A stretch of 64,000 bases of DNA from an uncultured Gammaproteobacteria bacterium (GTDB taxonomy: Bacteria; Pseudomonadota; Gammaproteobacteria; DRLM01): positions 64,001 through 128,000 of the forward strand of contig CAVSNY010000005.1 in the NCBI GenBank assembly GCA_963729605.1, given 5' to 3'. Positions 1 to 11,066 of this stretch are shown here, in pieces. The translations under genes were made by a program, and so were the position numbers. The notes below the pieces were generated by a model. That model was not told the origin of the DNA. It did not search any database and was given only the letters and a program-made list of their open reading frames with translations. The first letter of the stretch is position 1. Each line of letters opens with the position of its first letter.

Positions 1-176
1 TGAAAATCGTTCAAGCGCTGCTCCACTATCGCGCGCATCACAAGAAGGCTGAGTTTCTGATAGGGCCACGCCCACCGCCTGGGAACCAAAAACATAGATC
101 GCCACTACGTCCGGCAAGGCATGTCGAATCTTTTCGTACAATTTCGGGAAATCAGGATTCATATGCGCTTGACACC

Positions 177-539
177 TCAACTTTCCACCTTCGTTTCCGG
201 TGTCACCTTGGCCATCACGGCTTCCCGCTGGAGGCGCTCGATCTCTCTCTTGATATCCTCGTACTCCGCCAGCTTGCGCTTGAGAAATCGGGCAGTAACC
301 TTCGCCTTTTCCTCGGCACCCTTGGGGGTCAGGTAATAGGCATAGACCCGCTTGTTGGGATTATTAGTGAAGTTCTTCACTTTGACCCATCCCCGGTCCA
401 TGACGGCACGCAAACAATAATTCACCTTGCCGAGACTCACTCCCATCTCATTGGCCAGTTCGCGCTGACTTAGCTCGGGCTTGCTTTCAAGCAGCTTCAG
501 GAGGCGGTAGCGGGTTTCGTCGTCAAGTGGCGGCGGCAT
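177..539 (-). CDS. EPS-associated MarR-family transcriptional regulator
   Basis: HTH pattern LLKLLE..PELSQRELA..GVSLGKVNYCL and NNPNK..YAYYLTPKG; lies at the distal end of the polysaccharide cluster. Confidence 0.9.
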   Translation of the reverse strand: MPPPLDDETRYRLLKLLESKPELSQRELANEMGVSLGKVNYCLRAVMDRGWVKVKNFTNNPNKRVYAYYLTPKGAEEKAKVTARFLKRKLAEYEDIKREIERLQREAVMAKVTPETKVES

Positions 540-707
540 GGGCTCATGTTCAATTGATGAACGACGGTATTTAAGCGGTTTGAGCGGTGAGAGTCAATAG
601 TCTTTGACCATATCAGATACACTCTTCCCCACTCTTTTCCCATCAAAGGAGAGAGGAAGATCATGGACTTCATTGAGCTGGCGATAATGGCAAAAGATTT
701 CAACTGA

Positions 708-1613
708 TCATTGTGGCAGAGTTTGCTGTGCGATTTTCTGAACGACTTCTTGAAGAGCATCGCCCCAAAAACGTGGCGCTACTCCAAAAGCCCCTCGTAT
801 CTTCGCGCAATCCAGCACGGAATTGGCGGGCCGTTTGGCGGGTGTGGGATAGTCGGTTGTGGTGATGGGGCGCACTGGTACTTTTCGTCCACCATACGGC
901 TCCGCTGCGGCAAGTATGGCCTCGGCGAAACCATGCCAGGTGGTTGGCCCGTCACCACAGTAGTGATACGTGCCCCACTCTACTGCTTGGTTATCCATGT
1001 AGCGAGCGACGATAGACAATATCACCTCAGCGATATCACCCGCCGCCGTGGGACAGCCCCACTGATCGGAGACCACGCGCAACTCGTCGCGTTCTTTAGC
1101 AAGCCGCAGCATGGTCTTGACGAAGTTATGACCATGCACGCCATACACCCAGGCGGTTCTGAGGATGATATGCCGCGCCAGTCGTTCGCGGACTGCTCGT
1201 TCACCGGCCTCCTTGCTGGCACCGTAGACGCTGACCGGACACACGGGATCGTCCTCGGTGTAAGCGCCTTTTTTGCTGCCATCGAATACGTAGTCGGTGG
1301 AGATGTGTATAAGCGGTATAGCGGCTTCTACGCAGGCCTGAGCAAGATTATCCGGGCCCTCGCGATTCACTGCGTAGGCCTTTTCAGGCTCGGACTCCGC
1401 TTTGTCGACGGCGGTGTAGGCGGCGGCGTTGACGACGACATCAAAGGCACCTTTTTGCACTTGCGCGGCCACGGCCTGCGCGTCGGTGATATCCAGCTCG
1501 GTGGAAGTCATGCCGATGGCGGTCACGCCGAAACGCTCGGCGCGGCGCATCAGTTCCCAGCCGACTTGGCCGTTGGCGCCGGTCACTAATATTTTAAGTT
1601 GAGAATTAGACAT
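708..1613 (-). CDS. rmlD: dTDP-4-dehydrorhamnose reductase
   Basis: GANGQVG, NAAAYTAVDKAE, STDYVFDG, YGASK motifs. Confidence 0.95.
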   Translation of the reverse strand: MSNSQLKILVTGANGQVGWELMRRAERFGVTAIGMTSTELDITDAQAVAAQVQKGAFDVVVNAAAYTAVDKAESEPEKAYAVNREGPDNLAQACVEAAIPLIHISTDYVFDGSKKGAYTEDDPVCPVSVYGASKEAGERAVRERLARHIILRTAWVYGVHGHNFVKTMLRLAKERDELRVVSDQWGCPTAAGDIAEVILSIVARYMDNQAVEWGTYHYCGDGPTTWHGFAEAILAAAEPYGGRKVPVRPITTTDYPTPAKRPANSVLDCAKIRGAFGVAPRFWGDALQEVVQKIAQQTLPQ

Positions 1614-1668
1614 GTTTATTCACACGTAAATCGACACTGGCATGGGTATAAGTTTAGTCAAAAGATTA

Positions 1669-1715
1669 ACCACCCCGTCCGCTGCGCGGCCACCCCTCCT
1701 TGAAAAGGAGGGGAG
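1669..1715 (+). repeat. Two-hairpin REP-like element, singlet, followed by a degenerate 18-bp tandem (1735-1818)
   Basis: ACCACCCCGTCCGCTGCGCGGCCACCCCTCCTTGAAAAGGAGGGGAG between rmlC and rmlD. Confidence 0.9.
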
Positions 1716-1941
1716 ATTGATATTCCCATGCACGTCTCTATTTCCCAAGGTCTTTCTCTTTCCCGAGGCTCCTCTATTTCCCGAGGCTCTTATATTTTCA
1801 GGCTCTCCTATATTTGCATACGCTTCGAGGAAGAACGTACTAATAAAGTGACGCGCATGAATAGGACGGTATGAAGAGAAAGATAAAATCTATCGCTTTA
1901 TCCATGTTGGTTCCCGAATAAATCATAAACTGGCGCGATAA

Positions 1942-2505
1942 TTAACTGGCGCGGTAATTCGGCAAACGCTCAGCCGCGATTTCCGATAAACGCAAACCTG
2001 CGGAATCTTTGGCTGACAGCTGGGGCGACTCATTGAATGGCCACTGGATACCAATATCCGGATCGTTCCAAATGATGCTTACCTCGGCTTTAGGCGCATA
2101 ATAGTCGGTGCATTTATAAACAAACAGGGCCACGTCACTTGTCACCACGAAGCCGTGGGCGAAACCCGGCGGCACATACATCTGCCGCTTGTTGTCGCTG
2201 GACAATGTCACGCCCACCCATTTGCCAAAGTTAGGCGAACCCAGCCGCACGTCCACCGCCACATCGAACACCTCGCCCTGCAACACCTGTACGAGTTTGC
2301 CTTGCGGATTTTCATATTGAAAATGCAACCCGCGCAAAATGCCCCGGCGGGAAAACGAGATATTGTCCTGCACAAAGGGCCCGGCGATGCCCGCCTCGGC
2401 ATAACGTTGGGCCTGGTAGCTCTCCAGAAAATAGCCGCGCTCATCGCCGAACACCTTGGGCTCGATGATCACTACACCGGGCAATGCGGTTTCAATGATT
2501 TTCAT
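1942..2505 (-). CDS. rmlC: dTDP-4-dehydrorhamnose 3,5-epimerase
   Basis: [25 protein letters not shown] motifs. Confidence 0.95.
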   Translation of the reverse strand: MKIIETALPGVVIIEPKVFGDERGYFLESYQAQRYAEAGIAGPFVQDNISFSRRGILRGLHFQYENPQGKLVQVLQGEVFDVAVDVRLGSPNFGKWVGVTLSSDNKRQMYVPPGFAHGFVVTSDVALFVYKCTDYYAPKAEVSIIWNDPDIGIQWPFNESPQLSAKDSAGLRLSEIAAERLPNYRAS

Positions 2506-3380
2506 GTCGGCGTACCGCGCTGCAAAAGATTACGGAGATAATCGCCATAACCATTCTTGCTATATTGCGTGGCGATCTGTTCCAACTGTGCCGCGTCGAT
2601 CCAACCGCCGTTGAAAGCAATTTCTTCCGGGCAGGCAACTTTCAAACCCTGCCGCGCCTCGATGGTTTCAATAAAATTCGACGCCTGCATCAATGATTCG
2701 TGGGTGCCGGTATCCAGCCATGCCACACCGCGCCCGAGTTTTTCCAACTTCAATTGGCCTTTTTCCAAATAGTGATTATTGATGTCGGTGATCTCCAACT
2801 CGCCACGCGGCGAGGGCGTGAGGGTGGGCGCGATATCCACCACTTGGTTATCATAAAAATAAATGCCGGTCACCGCATAATTGGAACGGGGTTGCTTGGG
2901 CTTTTCCTCGATGGCGGTCACCCGCCCGGTATCGTCAAACTCCGCCACGCCGTAACGCTGCGGGTCTTTCACCCAATAACCAAACACCGTGGCGCCCTCG
3001 CGGCACTGCGCGGCGGACAATAAAAGCTCGGTCATGCCGTGACCGTAAAAAATATTGTCGCCCAACACCAAACAGCAGGTCTGATCGCCGATAAACTGCC
3101 GGCCGATGATAAACGCCTCCGCCAAACCCCCGGGGACTGCCTGCACCGCATATTGAAGGTTAATACCCCATTGACGGCCGTCACCCAATAATTGCTGGAA
3201 CAACGTTTGATCGTGCGGTGTGGTGATAACCAGGATATCCCGGATGCCGGCCAGCATCAGCGTGGACAAGGGATAGTAGACCATCGGTTTGTCGTATACA
3301 GGCAGCAATTGTTTGCTGATCATTTGCGTCAACGGATAGAGCCGGGTACCGGATCCGCCGGCGAGGATGATGCCTTTCAT
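2502..3380 (-). CDS. rmlA: Glucose-1-phosphate thymidylyltransferase
   Basis: [34 protein letters not shown]. Confidence 0.97.
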   Translation of the reverse strand: MKGIILAGGSGTRLYPLTQMISKQLLPVYDKPMVYYPLSTLMLAGIRDILVITTPHDQTLFQQLLGDGRQWGINLQYAVQAVPGGLAEAFIIGRQFIGDQTCCLVLGDNIFYGHGMTELLLSAAQCREGATVFGYWVKDPQRYGVAEFDDTGRVTAIEEKPKQPRSNYAVTGIYFYDNQVVDIAPTLTPSPRGELEITDINNHYLEKGQLKLEKLGRGVAWLDTGTHESLMQASNFIETIEARQGLKVACPEEIAFNGGWIDAAQLEQIATQYSKNGYGDYLRNLLQRGTPT

Positions 3381-3451
3381 GCTTTTTCCTTCACTCTTGT
3401 TTTCAAGAGGGTCGAGATGAAACGGGCCAAGCCCGATGGATTAAATACAAA

Positions 3452-3496
3452 ACCACCCCGGCCCTACGGGCCACCCCTCCTTATGAAAGGAGGGGA
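3452..3496 (+). repeat. Two-hairpin REP-like element, singlet
   Basis: ACCACCCCGGCCCTACGGGCCACCCCTCCTTATGAAAGGAGGGGA; its flanks resemble those of the copies at 35783 and 36192. Confidence 0.9.
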
Positions 3497-3721
3497 TAAA
3501 ATCCCAAACAACAACGTGATCATGAATCCAATTCCGGAAGTGTCGCGATGTTTCGCGGCCCTCAGTAAACAATTCGCACCTCCGTATGCGAATTGAACTC
3601 GATCTCACGATCTTGATTCCTTTTGCCCAACATCCTGCGTCCGCCCCGATGCGCTATTACGCGGCACGTCAGAGGGCTACCACAATGACTGACGCCGCTT
3701 CGCGGCCTACCGCGGGCTTTT

Positions 3722-4165
3722 CGCTTCGCCTCGTCCCGCTTCGCCTCGTCCCGCTTCGCCTCGTCCCGCTTCGCCTCGTCCCGCTTCGCCTCGTCCCGCT
3801 TCGCCTCGTCCCGCTTCGCCTCGTCCCGCTTCGCCTCGTCCCGCTTCGCCTCGTCCCGCTTCGCCTCGTCCCGCTTCGCTTCGTCCCGCTTCGCTTCGTC
3901 CCGCTTCGCTTCGTCCCGCTTCGCTTCGTCCCGCTTCGCTTCGTCCCGCTTCGCTTCGTCCCGCTTCGCTTCGTCCCGCTTCGCTTCGTCCCGCTTCGCT
4001 TCGTCCCGCTTCGCTTCGTCCCGCTTCGCTTCGTCCCGCTTCGCTTCGTCCCGCTTCGCTTCGTCCCGCTTCGCTTCGTCCCGCTTCGCTTCGTCCCGCT
4101 TCGCTTCGTCCCGCTTCGCTTCGTCCCGCTTCGCTTCGTCCCGCTTCGCTTCGTCCCGCTTCGCC
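3722..4165. repeat. 15-bp minisatellite CGCTTCGCYTCGTCC, about 29.6 copies
   Basis: Perfect period 15; first 10 units carry C, next 19 carry T at the variable position. Confidence 0.95.
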
Positions 4166-4374
4166 CTCCTTGGCTCGTCGAATGCACGCATCTAATTCAG
4201 ATGACGCGCGAACAGAGGCCAAGAAGTATTACCTCTCAAAAATCGGCATCCAAGTCACTCCGCGACTCATACTCGCCTCTTGCCAGTCCTGACTCGTGAT
4301 CGCCTCGGTAAATCCACAACTCGCCGATTACCTTGGAGCGCTCGCGATAAAGTCATTCAGCACACTATCGTGGA

Positions 4375-5442
4375 TTATACCCCTTCGCCGCCCGCCACCC
4401 CTAACCGCTCACCGCGATAGCTGCCGTCCAGCACACGTTGCCACCAGCCGCGATGGTCCAGATACCACTGCACGGTCTTACGCAAACCCGATTCGAAGGT
4501 CTCATGGGGACGCCATCCCAGCTCGCGTTCGATTTTGCCGGCGTCGATGGCGTAACGCCGGTCGTGACCGGGGCGGTCGGTTACAAAGGTGATGAGCTTG
4601 GCGTGCGGCGCATGCGATGAACCGGGCACCAATTCATCCAACAAAGTGCAAATCGCCTGCACCACTTCCAAATTGGTGCGCTCGTTGTGCCCGCCGATGT
4701 TATAGGTCTCGCCCAACCGCCCTTTTTCAAGCACCAGGCGTAAAGCGCGGGCGTGGTCGTCCACATACAGCCAGTCGCGGATATTGTCGCCCTTGCCGTA
4801 CACCGGCAGCGGCTCGCCGCGCAGGGCCTTGATGATGACCAAGGGAATCAATTTCTCGGGGAAGTGATAGGACCCGTAATTATTCGAGCAATTGGTGGTG
4901 ACAACCGGTAAACCATAGGTGTGATGCCAGGCACGCACCAAATGATCGGAGGACGCCTTGCTGGCGGAATAAGGCGAATTGGGTTGATAAGGCGTCTCTT
5001 CAGTGAAGAAGCCCTCCGCGCCCAGCGAACCGTAAACCTCGTCGGTGGAAATGTGGTGAAAACGGAAGCCCTGCTTCCGATCAGCCGGTAATGCCGCCCA
5101 ATACTCCCGCGCGGCCTCCAGCAAAGTGTACGTGCCGATGATATTGGTCTCGATGAATTGGGCCGGCCCATCGATGGATCGATCGACATGGGACTCGGCG
5201 GCGAGGTGCATTACCGCGTCCGGTTGATATTGCGTAAACAATCGTTGCAACGCCGGGGCGTCGCAGATATCCACCCGCTCGAAGTGATAACGCGGATTCG
5301 TCGCCACCTCCGCCACCGATTCGAGATTGCCGGCATAAGTGAGCTTGTCAACGTTGATGACCGTGGCCTCGCTCTCGGTGATCAACTGCCGAACGACCGC
5401 GGACCCGATGAACCCCGCGCCACCTGTAATAAGTATTTTCAC
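4375..5442 (-). CDS. rmlB: dTDP-glucose 4,6-dehydratase
   Basis: [32 protein letters not shown]. Confidence 0.97.
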   Translation of the reverse strand: MKILITGGAGFIGSAVVRQLITESEATVINVDKLTYAGNLESVAEVATNPRYHFERVDICDAPALQRLFTQYQPDAVMHLAAESHVDRSIDGPAQFIETNIIGTYTLLEAAREYWAALPADRKQGFRFHHISTDEVYGSLGAEGFFTEETPYQPNSPYSASKASSDHLVRAWHHTYGLPVVTTNCSNNYGSYHFPEKLIPLVIIKALRGEPLPVYGKGDNIRDWLYVDDHARALRLVLEKGRLGETYNIGGHNERTNLEVVQAICTLLDELVPGSSHAPHAKLITFVTDRPGHDRRYAIDAGKIERELGWRPHETFESGLRKTVQWYLDHRGWWQRVLDGSYRGERLGVAGGEGV

Positions 5443-5570
5443 AAATTCATCTCTTTATTTCGGTTCATGCCTGTGCTCCGCTTTGCCTCAAACCGTTTTC
5501 ATCCAAATCACTCTTTCCGGCATTCGGGTAATTTCTGGGAAAGTTAAACCACGCCGTTCATCAAGGCCAA

Positions 5571-6148
5571 ACCACCCCGGCGCTGCGCGCCACCCCTCCT
5601 TGGCAAGGAGGGGAGTAATTTGTGGTTGCACTGTCTCATCAATACTAAACCTGCTTATGTCGTTCCGGTCGTGGTTGCTCATCTCTCGTCTATTTCTTTC
5701 ATGTCGGCACCTTCCCGCACCGGCGCGTCTTCCCGGCCTGGAAAGGCTCAACCACCCCGGCGCTGCGCGCCACCCCTCCTTGGGAAGGAGGGGAGTAGTT
5801 TGTGGTGGCATTGCCTCATCAATGCTAAATCTGCTTATGTCGTTCCGGCCGCGGCTGCTCGTCTCTCGGCCATTTCTTTCATGTCGGCACTTTCCGCACT
5901 GGATCGCCTTCCCGGCCTGGAAAGGCTCAACCACCCCGGCGCTGCGCGCCACCCCTCCTTGGGAAGGAGGGGAGTAATTTGTGGCTGCATTGCCTCATCA
6001 ATGCTCAACCTGCTTATGTCGTTCCGGCCGCGGTTGCTGGTCTCCCATTTATTTCTCTCATGGCGGCACTTTCCGCACCGTCTTCCCGGCCTGGAAAGGC
6101 TCAACCACCCCGGCGCTGCGCGCCACCCCTCCTTGGGAAGGAGGGGAG
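5571..6148 (+). repeat. Tandem array of four two-hairpin elements (5571, 5751, 5930, 6104; period 174-180 bp)
   Basis: 45-bp core nearly identical in all four; intervening ~130-bp segments are related but more diverged. Confidence 0.95.
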
Positions 6149-6279
6149 TAATTTGGGATCTCATTGTACTTATCGCTCACACCACAGCTTCTCATTCATC
6201 GTTTATTCTTTGTATGGCTCTCATGTCCATTGCTTCCGCAGCCGCGTTTGTCGCGATGGTGTTTTTTGTAGCGGATATC

Positions 6280-6325
6280 CTCCCCTCCTCTACGAGGAGG
6301 GGTGCCCCGTGAGGGGCGGGGTGGT
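6280..6325 (-). repeat. Two-hairpin element starting 3 bp after the DUF559 stop codon
   Basis: Reverse complement reads ACCACCCCGCCCCTCACGGGGCACCCCTCCTCGTAGAGGAGGGGAG. Confidence 0.9.
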
Positions 6326-6328
6326 GCG

Positions 6329-6685
6329 CTACGAAGTAAAGTGCTCGCGAATTACCACCAATACACCTTCCAAATTTTCCATGACCTCACGATTCTCAAA
6401 CCGCAGCACCCGCAGCCCCTGGGTCATTAAATAATTTGTCCGCGCGCTATCTCGCTGCCAAGCCTTCTCGCTATCATGTGCCGCACCGTCCAGCTCAATT
6501 ACCATACGCTCACCAGGACAGTAAAAATCCACGATATAGGGTCCGATGCTGTGTTGGCGGCGAAATTTTCTACCTGCAATCCGCCCACCTTGTAATTGTT
6601 TCCACAATCGCGCCTCGGCCGGCGTGAGCTGGGCTCGCAAAAATCGACGAACTGGCTTTAAGCTCTGTCGATTGTGAATCTTCAT
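6329..6685 (-). CDS. DUF559 / Vsr-like (very-short-patch-repair fold) endonuclease domain protein
   Basis: TPAEARLW, KFRRQH, YIVDFYC, IELDGAAH, RDSART, GLRVLRFEN pattern typical of DUF559/YcjD-like proteins. Confidence 0.9.
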   Translation of the reverse strand: MKIHNRQSLKPVRRFLRAQLTPAEARLWKQLQGGRIAGRKFRRQHSIGPYIVDFYCPGERMVIELDGAAHDSEKAWQRDSARTNYLMTQGLRVLRFENREVMENLEGVLVVIREHFTS

Positions 6686-6793
6686 TTCATTCTCAAGTCT
6701 TCAGGCTACTTATAGTTCAGTAAAAGCAGAATGATTCCGCTCTATCCGCTAAATCGCTTTGGAAAGACCCGCATTACGGCAGCACTCGAGCAA

Positions 6794-6838
6794 ACCACCC
6801 CGGCGCTACGCGCCACCCCTCCTTGAAAAGGAGGGGAG
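6794..6838 (+). repeat. Two-hairpin element upstream of the DUF559 gene, inverted relative to the 6280 copy
   Basis: ACCACCCCGGCGCTACGCGCCACCCCTCCTTGAAAAGGAGGGGAG. Confidence 0.9.
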
Positions 6839-7420
6839 AATTGATGGAGTAGGATTCCTGCGCCATCTTTACTCCTCTCTCCTCTCCTCTCCTCTCCTCT
6901 TCTTTTCTTTACTCCCCTTCTCGTCTTTACTCCCCGCGTCTATGAACATTGATTATTTCCCGAGAAATAATGATATGGAGCGCAGATGGTTAACCGGCTG
7001 GAAAGCTATATCCCAATTTTGAGATAGGTTCTAGATCAATGCTAAACCTGCTTAACTTTCTTTGCGAACCGCCCAAAACCTGCTAACTCGTCTCTTAATC
7101 CGCGCCAAGCTACCATCATTCCGCCATGCACGTCCTTACCCCGGAAGAAATGCATACACTAATCTGGGCCGTACCCAATCATTCTTCCGCCATCATCCTT
7201 GCGGCATTCTTGCACCATGCATTTTTCCACCATGCACGCTTATCTCTTATCCTGCCGTGCCTATATGCCATCGTCCTACTTGTTCCCACCGTCACGTCTT
7301 CAAACGGAGCGCGTCACTCGGGAGCAGTCACGCGGGTTGGTTTTCTCGCCGTATCGTCCTACTTGTTCGCACCCCGTCGCGTCCTCAAACTAACGAGGGC
7401 GGCAATTTGATGCCGCACGC

Positions 7421-8906
7421 CTACTTGCTCGCACCCCGCCCATACACATCCTCGAATCGCACGATGTCATCCTCGCCGAGATAAGCTTCCCGACTGCACC
7501 TCGATGATCTCCAGGGGCAGGCTGCCGGGGTTTTCCAAGCGGTGTTGCACACCCAGCGGGATATAGGTCGATTGGTTTTCGGTGAGCAGAAACACTTCTT
7601 CGCCGCGGGTCACCCGCGCCGTGCCGCGCACCACAACCCAATGTTCGGCGCGATGGTGATGCATTTGCAACGACAGCGTGGCGCCAGGCTTCACGATGAT
7701 CCGCTTCACTTGAAAACGCTCGCCGGCGTCGATGCCTTCATAACTGCCCCAAGGCCGATAGACGCGGCGGTGGGTCAGGCGTTCGCTGCGATTCTCCGCC
7801 TTGAGCCGCTCGACAATTTTTTTGACGTCCTGCGTCTGGCTTTTGTGGGCCACCATCACCGCGTCGGCGGTCTCCACCACCACCATGTCTTCCAGCCCTA
7901 CCCCGGCCACCATCCGGTATTCGGAAATCAGCAGGCTATTGCGAGTGGCGTGGGTATACACATCGCCCTTGGTCACATTGCCGTCGATATCGGGCATGCC
8001 CACCTCCCATACCGCCGACCAGGCCCCCACATCCGACCACCCGGCGGCCAACGGCACCACCGCGGCCCACAAACCCTCCACCGGCTGGCTGGTCAATTTC
8101 TCCATCACCGCGTAGTCGATCGAATCGCTGGGGCATTGGCTAAAGGCCTTTTTGTCCACCCGATAAAAATCCCGGTCCTGCACCCCACCCTCGTCGGCAC
8201 GCCGGCACGCCGCCAGGATATCGGGCCGGTATTGCGCCATGGCCCGCAGCCACACGGCGGGCTTCATCACGAACATACCGCTGTTCCACAAATACTCGCC
8301 GCTCGCCACATAACCCTCGGCCGTGGCCCGGTCCGGCTTCTCGACAAAGGTCGCCAGCGCACGGGGCGCGACCGCCGTCGAGCCGTCGCGCGAAGGGCGC
8401 AGCGTATCGCCCACTCGAATATAACCGTACCCCGTCTCCGGCCCGCTGGGTACGATCCCGAAAGTAACCAGTGCGCCCTCCTCGGCCAAGGCCACCGCTT
8501 CGGCCATCGCGACCCCGAACGTCACCGGATCGCGAATCACATGATCGGCCGGCATCACCAGCATCACCGCCTCATCGCCGTTTTTCTCAAGCGCCAGGGC
8601 CGCCAGCGTCAGCGCCGGCGCGGTATTGCGGCCCGCCGGTTCGAGGATGATGGTAGCGTCGGACACACCCAATTCCCGCACCTGCTCGGCCACCATAAAA
8701 CGGTGTTCCTCGTTACACACCAGCAGCGGCGTACCCATGACGAAGGGCGGGATCGCCTTTCCCAGGCCCTCCATCCGCGACACCGTTTCCTGCAACAGGG
8801 AACGGCTGCCGAGAAAGGCCAGCAGCTGCTTGGGATAATGTTCACGGGACAGGGGCCAAAGGCGGGTGCCGGAGCCCCCGGAAAGAATGATGGGTTGCAG
8901 CTTCAT
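7421..8906 (-). CDS. manC: Mannose-1-phosphate guanylyltransferase/mannose-6-phosphate isomerase (apparent +1 frameshift at ~7484)
   Basis: PIILSGGSGTRLWPLSR, NTAPA, WSDVG, cupin SLQMHHHRAEHW; conserved tail YLGEDDIVRFEDVYGR lies in another frame after AGC-T-TAT. Confidence 0.93.
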
Positions 8907-9116
8907 ATTATTTTCCGATGAGTCACAAAGCCAACGCGACCAAGCCTCTAACGGACCAGGGCGACAGCGCAACTATAACAAAAGAAGATCAAAGCCGTAC
9001 ACCAACAGCGGTTAAGTCTTCATCAAGGCTTTAAACCACCGCTCCTCCACTATCACACTCACTTGAGCGGGAGTACTGAAGAGGCAAATACACTGCGTCA
9101 AACCCCGCGACCGAAT

Positions 9117-9676
9117 CTCCCCTCCTTATCAAGGAGGGGTGCCCCCGAAGGGGGCGGGGTGGTTCGCGCCGTGCCTTTAAAAAACACCACCCCGGCGCTA
9201 TCGCGCCACCCCTCCTCGCTTGAGGAGGGGAGTGAGGAGACATGCGATCTTCATCGCGGGGGGAAGGCTCAACGCAGCAATTGCGAAACACCCCCTGAAA
9301 TCACAAAACACCGTCTGAATCTGAAAGGGGCAAGTACACTGCGTCAAACCCCGCGACCGAATCTCCCCTCCTTATCAAGGAGGGGTGCCCCCGAAGGGGG
9401 CGGGGTGGTTTACGCCGCGCCTTTAAAAAACACCACCCCGGCGCTATCGCGCCACCCCTCCTCGTTTGAGGAGGGGAGTGAGAGACAAGCAATCTTCTTC
9501 GCGCGGGGCGTCTGAAGCTGAAGGGGACAAGTAACAGTGCGTCATAAACCCCGCGACCGAATCTCCCCTCCTTCTCAAGGAGGGGTGCCCCCGAAGGGGG
9601 CGGGGTGGTTTGCGCCGTGCTTTAAAAACACCACCCCGGCGCTATCGCGCCACCCCTCCTCACTTGAGGAGGGGAG
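9117..9676. repeat. Three tandem head-to-head doublets of the two-hairpin element (minus copies 9117, 9363, 9563; plus copies 9186, 9432, 9630)
   Basis: Each unit is a minus copy, a ~20-22 bp linker with a TTTAAAAA core, then a plus copy; unit period 246 and 200 bp. Confidence 0.95.
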
Positions 9677-9715
9677 TGAGGAGACTTGATCTTGATCGCG
9701 GGGGAAGTGTAGTGG

Positions 9716-10923
<1,208 letters not shown>

Positions 10924-10963
10924 TCACCCAGAATCAGGTGGCCAAATCGACTATGCCACTACA

Positions 10964-10988
10964 ACCCCTCCTCGCTTGAGGAGGGGAG
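10964..10988 (+). repeat. Truncated two-hairpin element (second hairpin only) directly abutting the IS end
   Basis: ACCCCTCCTCGCTTGAGGAGGGGAG followed by TGAGGAGAC, the same flank as the 9.1-9.7 kb units. Confidence 0.85.
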
Positions 10989-11066
10989 TGAGGAGACAAA
11001 CGATCTTCATCGCGGAAGATGGCGGGGCAGAATGGCGGGAGAGAATACTCAGCTATTGCGAAACGA

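Noticed and set aside
3562-4299. Low-complexity ORFs (RDEAK, LRFVP, SGTKR, GRSEA repeats)
   Set aside because: Open in several frames only because the 15-bp unit lacks stop codons; no other evidence of coding.
5571-6148. CRISPR array
   Set aside because: Spacers are ~130 bp and homologous to each other, there are no cas genes in the window, and the repeat is dispersed in both orientations.
5339-6434. ORFs containing HPGAARHPS / TTPALRATPP / EGWRAAPGW peptides (also at 9.0-9.8, 31.9-33.1 and 35.3-36.4 kb)
   Set aside because: They are translations of the DNA repeat in overlapping frames and on both strands.
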